NCBI GenBank assembly: GCA_043228905.1
Contig: JBHGNT010001133.1
Coordinates: 1-11,712, forward strand
Length of the DNA: 11,712 nucleotides
Reading direction: 5' to 3'
DNA from: Azolla caroliniana
Lineage: Eukaryota; Plantae; Polypodiophyta
Positions 1 through 9,700 of this stretch are shown piece by piece. The notes under the pieces are model-generated. The model was not told where the DNA came from. It did no database searches and saw nothing but the letters and a program-made list of their open reading frames with translations. A program made the position numbers and the translations under genes. Each line of letters begins with the position of its first letter. Positions within the stretch are counted from its first letter, which is position 1.

Positions 1-434
1 AATTGCAATAAAAAAAGTAATAATATATTGATAGGGCCCGTTTTTATGTCAGTTATAGGTGAAGAGTTCCATTGCCAACTCCATTCTTCATTGCCATAAG
101 ATGGCAAAGATTACTCGATAACCTTTGTGTGAAAATCCATATTCAATTGAAATCAAATTGTTAATAATATAAAATGTACAGTGCCACGTAGGTCTAGAGT
201 TCAAGGTAAGAAAGGGCATGTTTTTCAAGCAAGAAATCCAGTCAATTGAAATCAAATTGCAAATAATAATATTGGCAGGGTTTGTAGGGCCAAATCTCCT
301 GATCAAAAGAAATGTTCATATTGATGAACATAGAAAAGGTACTGTAGCTAGGATTTTTAGAGATAAGATTCCTTGATTACTAGAGAAGAAAAAATGCTAA
401 CATTGGCTCGCATAAAATAAAAATTATCATGCAC

Positions 435-649
435 CTTGGTTTCAAAGAGCGCTCCACACTCATTGACAGTGCTTTCGGATACTTTTGCAAGAGTAGTTTC
501 ATCCGCTCATCACGTATTCCAAGTAGGTGGAAGAATCTGATCTTCGTCTTTAGGAATGGTATGGTTGACGCAAACAAAGATGGAGACATAGCTAAAAGCT
601 TCGGCATATCATCCTCATTGAGTCCCAAACTCTCCAAAAATCCCACAAT
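435..649 (-). CDS. mTERF exon 6 (IVGFLESLGL...SVERSLKP-R)
   Basis: acttttag|ATT ... CCA AG|gtgcat; 215 nt, ends phase 2. No further exon was recognised in 1-434. Confidence 0.9.
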
Positions 650-3600
650 CTAAAAGTTCATGAAGACTTACAAATCAACACAGTGGCAACTGAAGATAAA
701 TTATGAATTTCCTTTTTTTTATGGTTTTTAAGTACTCACTTCCAAAAATGCTCGTGGAGTCTTTAGTAAGAGTTGTGGACTTTGGGAAATTACATGCCCA
801 ATCTTCTTCGTTTTCAAACCAATTAACACCATCTGATGAGCCATTGCCTTTAGAGTTCTTGTGGAGGATCCTAACAGATTGGGGCATTTTGTAATGGAAT
901 GTCGAACACTTCTTGGAGAAACCTGGAAAAAGTCCACTTCTTGGTGGAAGTTTTACTAAAACATCCACATACTGCTCAAAAATCTTGATAATATCAAATA
1001 CTTGCCCATAGTAAGACTATTTTTATCTTGCCCTAGAATCTTAGTACAGCCTTCCAACATTGTATTGATAATTGCAAACAAAACGTTTTTAGCTTAAGAT
1101 AGATAATGGACATGTTATCCAACAATCTTCATGATCCAAGTTATTTTTCACAAGAACCCCATAGAAGAAAACTAACATTTCTTTTCGATAAGCAATGAAC
1201 TTTGTGATGCTTTGTTCAAAGATGGTAAAAGAATTATGCAAATCAACTTCAGGAAATGAGAAAAGAATATTACTTTTGTTATCTTTAAGAATTCCACAAC
1301 TTCCTTCACATTATCCTCCACACCTCTGCTCAATATCCAGGGATATTTCACAATCATCATGCCATAATCTCGCGGCTTTACATTTGCTTCCTTTGTGCAA
1401 GAAATTTAAGAAAGTTTAGATCTGCAAATATTGTATTAAGCTAGCATTTGTATGTATAACAAATTAGTTTTGAGAATCATAAAGCTAAATTTTTTTACAA
1501 CAAATCAAGAAGTATAAGATGGCACCTTCTTTAATGTTCTCAATCTATTTTGAAGCTCTTCTATGTTGTTATAGAAAAGGATTGAAGGATAGAGCATAAT
1601 TATTGAAGCAAGTTTGTTCCTTGGCACACCTATTTCCTCAAAGTAGGTCATAAGAGTCTTGAGATCTGTATTGAGGTCACGGCAAAACACTTGAGGAAAT
1701 TCCTCAATAAAATATGGTAGGGCTTTTCTTGGACTGCTTAAAGAGCTGATACCTCCCGGCCTTGCTTCCATCTAAAAACTTAATCATATAGTATAAATAT
1801 GTCATTAACCCAACTTTTACTTCAGTATATAATCACATCATTGCTAGTAAACAAACCAAAGATTATAGTTGTGGGAAACCTTTTCAAAGAATGAAAGAGT
1901 CTTTTGAAGACTATCATCTGGACTGATCGACATCTCACGCATCATTCTACGAGATCGTACAACAATACCATCATCCCTTTCATCTTGAAGAACATCCTCG
2001 AGGAATCTCATCTAAGGAAAATATTAGGATATATGAGGTGATATTAACACTATACTAAGATCATTGTTACTATATTTATATAGAGTAAATAGAAAGATTG
2101 AAATTTTTATAAGGAACACTCTTTCACTTGGTTTTGGGTGAAACAAATTCACGCCTTCTGAACTGTTCTTGGTGATTATATGACACGACATAATCTCCAT
2201 AAAAATAAACCTAACGTTTTTCACCACAACTAAGAATTAAGCTTTTATGATGGACTCTTAATGAGAGGTAACCATAAATTTCCACATGGACGTGAAAATG
2301 GGCCTAGACATTTCCATAAATCGCCGATCTGTGCTTAGGGTTTTTAAATGCTTACTTAAAGAGACAGAAATCTACACATGAAAATTCCATTTGGATAAAC
2401 AAATGAACAATAACCTTTACATAAAAATTGGCAACGGTTCGGTTCAGGTTCCAGTTTTTTTTAACGTTCGGTTTGATGGTTTTTAAATGATTTTTTTAAA
2501 CAACCTTTTCAGTTTAAAGCCTAATTCTCACCCTTTAGGAAAAATCTTTAAAATTTGAAATAATGCAAAATTTTAAAGACCTAAGTTGAAAACCAAAACC
2601 AAACCATGAAACCAAGTTTTTTAACGGTTTAATGGTTTGGATTTTTACCTAACGGTTCGGTTTAAACGGTTTCATGGTTCGATTCGATTCAGGTTTCAAA
2701 ATGTTTAAATGGTTTGGTTTTGACACTCTTTAACCAAACCGAACCGAACCGTTGTTGATTGTTACCTTTACACCAAATCCAAGCTACTATATGATAGATA
2801 ATGATTCCTAACCTTTTGCATGAAATCTGAGATTTCACGTTTAGGATTTCAAAATGCATAAACAATCTTACTTTTTCCATCGCAAGATAACTAATATGTG
2901 TAATGTTTGGGGTTTCAAAATGCACATAAAAATTCCATATGGATATGAAAATAATGCCAACCTTTTGCATCAAACCTGCAATGTTTTGGGAAGAGAGAAT
3001 ATGGGTGATCCGAGAAATATGTTGTTTACCCACTCCGAAGCTTTCTATTAAAGCTCCACATCGCCATCGACCTCTATCAGCCAAGCACAATTCCAAAACC
3101 TTGCTATAAAAGTCTATATTTGTCTTCTTTTCAGGCTTCTTCTGAGAAGTCCATATGGAGAGCTCTTCAAGCTCTAAAGATGCATCTACAAGAGCTTGAA
3201 GTGTAACAGGAGCATTGGAAGAGACAAAGGTAGAGTCTTCTTGAGAGAGACCAACTTCTCGGAGAGACAATGACAGAGCAAAACTTGCTTGCTGAAGCAT
3301 AACATAAACATTACCATCATCATTAGATTTGGTTTTGGCTGAGAATATAGTATCATTAGATTTATATTTTTCTTGGAAACTTACTTGTTGAGGAACATCA
3401 TCGTCATTAGGTGCAGCTTTAGCTTGGAGAGTTATTTGTTGAAGATTACCATTATCATAATTTGGTCTAGATTTAGAATGGAATGTTACTACGTGTTTAG
3501 GAGCATCATCATTAAGTTCATCTTTAGTTTGGAAAGTTTCGTGCTGAAGATCCTCCTCCTCCTCATCGTCGTCATTAGATTTAGGTTTAGAATGTAAGCC

Positions 3601-3921
3601 TGGTTGTTGAAAATAATCTTCCTCCTCCTCCTCATAATCACCATCATCATCATAATCAGGGTTAGCTTTATCATGGGGGCTTACCTGTTGAAGAACATTA
3701 TAACTAGGTTTAGGTTTAGGTTGGAGAGGCCAAAAATCGATCTTCTTCTCTGCATCGTTGATGATTCGAGGAGATGAAGTGCAGAAACAGAGGGTTGGGA
3801 AATGAGAGGATTGGTGCGATGATGCGGCTGCGGTTGCGATTGCGGTTGCTTGTGGGCGATGGAGGAGTGAAGAAGGAGGTAAGGGAGGAGGCCTCAACAT
3901 GGCCGTGCAGGTCGTCATCAT
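435..3921 (-). CDS. MTERF: mTERF family protein, probably plastid-targeted, At1g78930-like multi-exon type; 3'-partial; join(3921..2962,2011..1880,1771..1526,1390..1274,922..740,649..435)
   Basis: Six GT-AG-bounded exons join in one open frame (320+44+82+39+61+71 aa). They contain successive mTERF motifs: FPQVF..LKTLMTYFEEIGV, KYPWIL, KCPNLLG, QSPQLL, FLESLGL, KYPKALSMSVERSLKPR. Subfamily assignment is from recalled homologue motifs (RRMM..SI..D..LQ.TLSFFEK-.EAR.GG). Confidence 0.93.
740..922 (-). CDS. mTERF exon 5 (VSPRSVRHSITKCPNLLG...PRAFLE)
   Basis: tttttccag|GTT ... GAA|gtgagt; 183 nt, phase 0/0. Confidence 0.93.
1274..1390 (-). CDS. mTERF exon 4 (EANVKPRDYGMMIVKYPWILSRGVEDNVKEVVEFLKITK)
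   Basis: cacaaag|GAA ... AAA|gtaata; 117 nt, phase 0/0; KYPWILS motif. The acceptor is a weak AAG, so the 5' boundary is less certain. Confidence 0.82.
1526..1771 (-). CDS. mTERF exon 3 (MEARPGG...LRTLKK)
   Basis: agtttttag|ATG ... AAG|gtgcca; 246 nt, phase 0/0; contains an mTERF repeat. Confidence 0.92.
1880..2011 (-). CDS. mTERF exon 2 (MRFLEDVLQDERDDGIVVRSRRMMREMSISPDDSLQKTLSFFEK)
   Basis: ttttccttag|ATG ... AAG|gtttcc; 132 nt, phase 0/0; not in the ORF track. Confidence 0.92.
2432..2754. mobile_element. MITE-like / non-autonomous DNA transposon relic in mTERF intron 1
   Basis: Perfect 14-bp inverted repeat CAACGGTTCGGTTC (2432-2445) / GAACCGAACCGTTG (2741-2754). The interior has many AACCG/CGGTT and AAACC/GGTTT motifs like the subterminal repeats of plant hAT-type non-autonomous elements. 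True termini and TSD are not resolved. Confidence 0.6.
2962..3921 (-). CDS. mTERF exon 1 (transit-peptide-like N-terminus, acidic repeats, start of the conserved region)
   Basis: First in-frame ATG is at 3921 (in-frame TGA at 3951-3949 upstream; alternative ATGs at 3918 and 3900). N-terminus is Pro/Ser/Ala/Thr-rich. Ends ...AGLMQK with AAG|GTTGGC, phase 0; ORF-track residues past this point are intronic. Confidence 0.85.
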
Positions 3922-4111
3922 CACATCGAACTGAGGGAGGAAGCATGATCATCATAATCCATCATCCGCTCTGTGTATCTACTCTTCTTCTTCTTCTTCC
4001 AACCAACATACCTGCCCTGTCTCTTCTTCTTCAGGGGGGAATCCTCAGGGTCTTCTTCTTCTGGCTTATCTTCTATCTACTACTACACCATAAACCCTCT
4101 AAATCTTAAGA

Positions 4112-4332
4112 GTTTGGGTGTCCATATCTTCTATATTTTGGCCTCACTCAATGTTTGGGTGTCCATATCTTCTATCTTCTGGCCTCACTCGATGTTTGGG
4201 TGTCCATATCTTCTATCTTCTGGCCTCACTCGATGTTTGGGTGTCCATATCTTCTATCTTCTGGCCTCACTCGATGTTTGGGTGTCCATATCTTCTATCT
4301 TCTGGCCTCACTCGATGTTTGGGTGTCCATAT
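4112..4332. repeat. 41-bp tandem repeat (minisatellite), about 5.4 copies
   Basis: Unit GATGTTTGGGTGTCCATATCTTCTATCTTCTGGCCTCACTC starts at 4191, 4232, 4273 and 4314 (last one partial), with slightly variant copies at about 4109 and 4150. No spacers. Confidence 0.97.
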
Positions 4333-4834
4333 ATGGCTAAACCCTCTCTAGTCGGTTCTCCATGTCATCTGCCCGCGTGTTAAACCATGGGGGAGGGGGG
4401 GTTGAACTTTGAAATAAGCACTTGGTGGTCCATGTCTTGGTCTCTTCGTGTTGTGCATAGACAGACTCCTGTTAAATCCTTAGGTTTGGATACCTTAGTG
4501 TTAACCCTTGGGTCCGAATCATCAGAGCTCGGCTCTTGCGTACCTAAATTGATCTGTGTATCGAGTCTACTACTAGAAGTCTAGAACAATACCTTTGCAT
4601 TCATTCTTGTTCGCCATACATTTAAATATGCGTTAGAAAAGTGATGTTAAAAGCAAGAATTGAGATTGGAGATGTGTATTCATGTCTTTTAAGTTAATTT
4701 GAAATGTATGTACAACTTGTCGCTTAAATGACATCTTAAAAATGAGAAAACCAAGGACATCTCTATTTTGAGCTTTCTCTATTCATTTTGAATATGTTGG
4801 AATTCCACCATGCTTTTCCATCTTCTCTTCATAT

Positions 4835-4865
<31 letters not shown>

Positions 4866-4876
4866 GAGAGAGAGAG
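4835..4876. repeat. compound (TG)7-(AG)n microsatellite
   Basis: tgtgtgtgtgtgtg followed by agagagggagagagag..., read directly. Confidence 0.95.
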
Positions 4877-5326
4877 GGGTTGCCTTTGGGATTAGCTCTA
4901 AAGCAATGTGGACTAGCAAAATGCAATTGCTTCTTTTGCACTATTCAAATGGAAGATAGTACTCATCGTTTCATACAATGTCCGACTACTTGTTAGATTT
5001 GGAGTTACATTTCTCAAATTTGGCAAGTTTTATCAGGGTGTTATTTGACGCCTACACACTGGGTGTTTGTACAATTCACACTGGTTGGCCCAAAATTAAA
5101 GATGGAGATCGTTTTCCGATTTTTGAGGTATTTGGGATTATGGCATAATTGGGATATGCACAATGCTTTTGTATTTGATGGTAGGCATAGAGTCAAAGCA
5201 TATCTATGAAAGTCGAAGGGAGTACTAATGTGGCGATTTTCTTTATTGGAGCAAGTGGAAATTCTTTCCTTAGTGGAATGTTCGTCTTGCCTATTGGCAA
5301 TTCATCATGTTCCACCACCCATGTAG
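4877..5326 (+). mobile_element. Degenerate 5'-truncated LINE (L1-like) fragment, ORF2 C-terminal zf-RVT region
   Basis: One frame reads GLPLGLALKQCGLAKCNCFFCTIQMEDSTHRFIQCPTTC*IWSY...LWHNWDMHNAFVFDG. This fits the zf-RVT CxxC-E..H.F..C..W pattern and the downstream W.IW..RN..VF motif of plant LINEs. Internal stops at 4994 and 5207; the frame ends at TAG 5324-5326. Confidence 0.82.
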
Positions 5327-5403
5327 TTAGTGGGTGACCATACTCCATTGTGACACCCATTGTAAGTAGTTTTCTTCACACACATTATTAATATGTTTTC
5401 ATT

Positions 5404-5421
5404 AGAGAGAGAGAGAGAGAG
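5404..5421. repeat. (AG)9 microsatellite
   Basis: Read directly. Confidence 0.95.
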
Positions 5422-6547
5422 CTTGTTTTATTGCCATCCTCAAAGGTTAAATATGACCTTTAGAACCAAAAGTGATCCATTTTTACACTATGTTGATACC
5501 TTTTTACACAATATGTTGGAATTGAGTAGCCACTCTTGATGTCAAGAATTTTATTAATGAAATGTTTCTCCTTAAGGTTTCTCCAAAATTTACCAGTGGT
5601 TTTCATTCACTTAGTATTCATTTTTTTATATACTTCTTTTGTATGTTTTAAACACTTTTGATGACTTTACTTATCTTTAACTATCTCTAAGTCATTGGGG
5701 CTGTCTTTGGGGTGATCAAGAGGCCGATCATGGTTTATATAACTATAGTGTAGGTCTATTGACCATGGTTGATGGTGTGGCTGTCATTTATTTGTAGTTG
5801 TGGCTCTATCTCAATAACATGTGCCTTATATCAATGTTTTTCTAGTGCTCATGCTATAATTTGAACCACCAACTATCTAATTGTATCTTTAAGCTCTTTT
5901 CTTGGTTGGGCTTTACATTGTTGGCTATCATGGAATTGATTTTGTAGTTCCAAGACCTTGAACTCTTCATTAGAAGTGTGATCCATCTAGAGGTCCACTC
6001 CTCATAGAGCTATGTTGTTTATTTTTACCTTGTCAATATCCACTAATTGAATGTGGATTATGAAGTTTTAAGATTTGAGTTGCTTCATTGGTTATTGTGT
6101 TTTGAGTGGCCTTGAGGTCTGCTTAAAGTGTGGGCCAATTGTTGTCCTAGGTTGTCTCTCTCAAAATAGGAGACTTTATAGGATGCATTGGTATTTTTCT
6201 CTAATGTTGGTGATGGATCGGAGTTGAGTATAAAGAACTTGTGATAAGACCAAACTTGTGAATGATTGCACCACAAAAGTAATTCTCATCAACACAAATT
6301 CAAATGTGTTTAAAATACACAAAAACAAATGCGAGAGAAACAAATCAATGTCTTCATAGAGGATGACATTGCATGGTTATGTATAAAAGAGAAGTTAATA
6401 TTACAATTAATGAACAAAACACCAAAATCACTACTATCTTATGGCATAACACTTGCCTCATCAACCAAAGGCCAAGAGTTCAATTTTTTTTCCTGACCTT
6501 GGCTTTCAAGGGAAAAAATTATCATAAAAAAGAACCATGATACATTT

Positions 6548-6711
6548 TTATCCTTGTCTTAGGTCTAGCCATAAAAGGAGACGGGGTGGTCGTCCCATTA
6601 ACCTTGCCTCAGATGATTTCTCCATTGATTCTTGAATGAAGCCACACTTGTCATATAGCTTAATTGCACTTTCATTCCCTATAGCCACATGGGTATACAA
6701 GTCTGTAATAC
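6548..6711 (-). CDS. GNAT terminal coding exon (G-ITDLYTHVAIGNESAIKLYDKCGFIQESMEKSSEARLMGRPPRLLLWLDLRQG*)
   Basis: ttttttttccag|GT ATT; 164 nt to the TAA at 6550-6548; completes the phase-1 Gly codon; motif B. Too short for the ORF track. Confidence 0.93.
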
Positions 6712-9700
6712 CTGGAAAAAAAATGGAAGGGGATAATGGTTGATTTAATATAATTTAATCCCTACTCACTACTAGCGTACATCTCATGGACTAGTTCCCT
6801 ATTGTTATCATCAAGAGTTGGTCACCATTTTTGGAGACCTCTCCCTTATGAACCCATTTTAACACATAGCAATCTTTTGATGTTATGACCACACAAATCA
6901 TGGTGATGGTGATGTCTCACATGTTGAGATACACTTCACAATTTTAGGTAGTGAGATGATGACAATGACCACAAGTAAAAGGAAAGAGACGACCAAAAAA
7001 TGCACAAAGAAGAAGCATAGACATTTTTCTTCCTCCCCGTGTTAGAAGATATGATAAGAATAATACTCTATCCCTTCACCCTTATTACTTATATTAGGAT
7101 CTATTCTTTTCTCACCGTTTTAAGACCTTATTACAATTATTCTTTTCTTGTGCCCCTGCCACTGCAAATGTCCTAATGCTAAAGAATCAAGATATATGGA
7201 ATGCACTAATGTTGTTGCCACTACCAACACCAACACCAACAATAGTGATGCTAAGATGGTAAAGAGCGAACCTATAAACCTTTATACCCTCCCAAGTGTG
7301 GAAGGGGTGTGATGATGATAAATGCCAAGATGTGATAAACGGATTGGGCATTCTCTCTTCATCATCATCCCATGCTCATTACATTCCCTAGAGCTAAATC
7401 TTTGGTATTTCTCTCTTCATATGTGTGTGTGTGTGTATGAAGGAACAGTAGGTGAGAAAGATTGAATATCTTTTTGTGCTCAACATTACATGATTTGTAC
7501 ACACTAAGCTCTACCAGAAGTATGGTGGAAGGCAAGGCCAAAAGTCATCCAACAAGGATGAGATGAACCTTGGTCAATGTGACACGGATCCACATGATGG
7601 ACCATTAGACTTATATGGCACGCTACAATAAATATGACAAGGAATACCATTACTATATAGACAATCTCAGTATACTTATGGCGAGGACACCTAGAGTGAA
7701 AAAGGTCATGTAAATAGCCAATGGGCAAATATATCTGCTTGAGTTCACTTGCTCAAAGGAAAGTCGAAGATGCATGAGCAGGATGAAGATAATCATACCT
7801 CCAACAAAGATGGTGTGGAATACGGTTCCTGTATAGATGCTCTCGGTGTACTTATGGGCAAGCACACCTTGAGTGAAGAAGGTCATACAAATAGACAACA
7901 AGTGAATATATCGCTCAAACCAGAACAAACGATGTCCCAAATAAAAATGAACATTTTGATATGCATCAAGACTACATCTTGAAATGGACCATAGTAAGAT
8001 GGGATCACCAACATGTTTGAACCGGTCACTAGACTGAAACTCTCCACCAAGGCACTTGGCATGGACAATTTTGGAAGGCACCTAGGCTATGTCCACCCTA
8101 ATTCGCCAAGCTTGACAGAGAAAATAAAATATATCAAGTCAAATGTAAGTATCATCCACAACAAAATTGAGCTTGACAGGGTGTGTTGAGAATCAAACTC
8201 AATTGTCCAATATGTGAACTCATGTGTGGTGGATATACCCATGTACTTAAAGTTCACCTCTTTCTTGTCATATCATTTATTCCTTCTCATCAAGAATAAA
8301 CTACCGTTGTCATAATGTCATCAATAATTAATGAGAAAAAGTGTATTATATATGCCATTTATCATAACTAGTCAATGAGAAAAAGAATATAATATTCCTT
8401 TTCCTCATTAACTGTTTCCGAAAATATATCAACCTCTATTGTGTCATGGATCATCTGTACAACAGGCTCGGTATACTTCCTTCACCCCTCTTGAATCTCA
8501 ACATATCAGGTGGATGATGATTGATTCAAATACGTCAAAGATCCCATCTCCCGGTACGATTCATTTTAGGATATAGTCAAGTAACACCTCAATGTACTTC
8601 GCCAACTTAGTTATCCGATTTCCATTTTCGATTTTCAACAACTTTTCTTCTAGTTTGAGTAATGTACTCACTTGTAAAGGTAAAGAGGGATGTTTGAGGG
8701 AGCAGCTATTGATTGATGACGTTCAGCAAACAAGACTGTAGTAGAGATGAGAGTAGAGACACAGATTTTTGGGTGTACCCAACCGCCTTGATTGGTGGAC
8801 AAGAAAAAAAGGTTATTATATTAGTTAACCCTACAAAGAAAGAGGTGTGTTCACATTACAAAAGGAGGTGTCCTGTCCAGGTGAACAATGTGTTCACATA
8901 TATACGAATAATTACCTAATTTGTGAACTACGGGTCTTTACACCTAACAACTTGTTGGCTGTTTGCATGGTCTTCTCCACTCTAGACGTCCTCGCAATAG
9001 GCACACTTAAGTCATCATCTTTGCAGGAGTGATATTCCACACCCTCTTTGTTGGAGCCATAATTGTCTTGACCATGCTCAAGCACCCGCCTTACCTTTGT
9101 TCATATGAGCAGAATCATGCAAATTGCATTTGTTGAACCATCCAACAAACCATCAACCGGATTGTGGATCATGCTAGTGAAAGGACCATATAACGATTTG
9201 TCAAGTTGTCAAGCATGCACTTGATCTTACCATTGACCAAGCAGTTGAGAGTGTCCTCGATTGCACCATTCACCGAGTCATCGACTGTGCCATGGAACAA
9301 TTGCTATTTGAGCAAAGGTATTGGATTGATTCGTGCACATTTTTCTCAGTTACATACTATTCAAGAAATTATACAATCAATTTATCTCCTTTTTCTCTCT
9401 TTGGAGGGATTGACCAAGAGCATTTGGTGAAATGAAAATATAGGAGCATTTGGGGAAATGACAAAAAATTGGAGTATTTCAGAGTATCATGTTGCATGAG
9501 TATAAAGTTCCTCTCTCTCTCTCTCACTCCCAAAAGGTAAATCATCAAAACTAAAATAACTTCAGGATGAAAAAGAAGAAAATCAATGGATACAATCAAG
9601 AACAAAAACATGTTGGCAAACGTACCTAGTGATATTGCAACTGTCCTTGCGTATGCAATAAGACTTAGGCCGATGCGTTTTCTTTGCAATTCTTTTGCAA

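Noticed and set aside
88-306. ORF MIRRFGP... as the next mTERF exon
   Set aside because: The resemblance to the expected ..RRF.P.. motif is short, an in-frame TGA lies just upstream, and the rest is not mTERF-like. Treated as intron.
2024-2227. 67-aa minus-strand ORF as an mTERF exon
   Set aside because: No mTERF similarity, and exons 1 and 2 join in frame without it.
2689-2961. C-terminal 90 aa of the 411-aa ORF
   Set aside because: Read-through into intron 1 past the AAG|GT donor; AT-rich and ending inside the MITE-like repeat.
4112-4332. CRISPR array
   Set aside because: The units abut with no unique spacers, there are no cas genes, and the context is eukaryotic with spliced genes.
3774-4383. 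Plus-strand ORFs of 111, 136, 77 and 61 aa
   Set aside because: They arise from the stop-free 41-bp repeat, CTT tracts and the antisense of mTERF exon 1, and show no protein motif.
4389-4401. G-quadruplex in the mTERF promoter
   Set aside because: Only two G-runs (G5 and G7), too few for a canonical four-tract G4.
5680-6280. Possible TE- or gene-derived relic between the LINE fragment and the GNAT 3' end
   Set aside because: The plus-strand frames I translated showed no recognisable motif.
7504-8081. ORFs of 142, 74, 77 and 61 aa as a nested membrane-protein gene
   Set aside because: They overlap the degenerate repeat copies, whose frames are not conserved, and no domain was recognised.
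8420-8680. Possible decayed plus-strand coding frame (..DIVK*HLNVLRQLSYPISIFDFQQLFF*..)
   Set aside because: Many stops and no family I can identify; a TBLASTX search would be needed.
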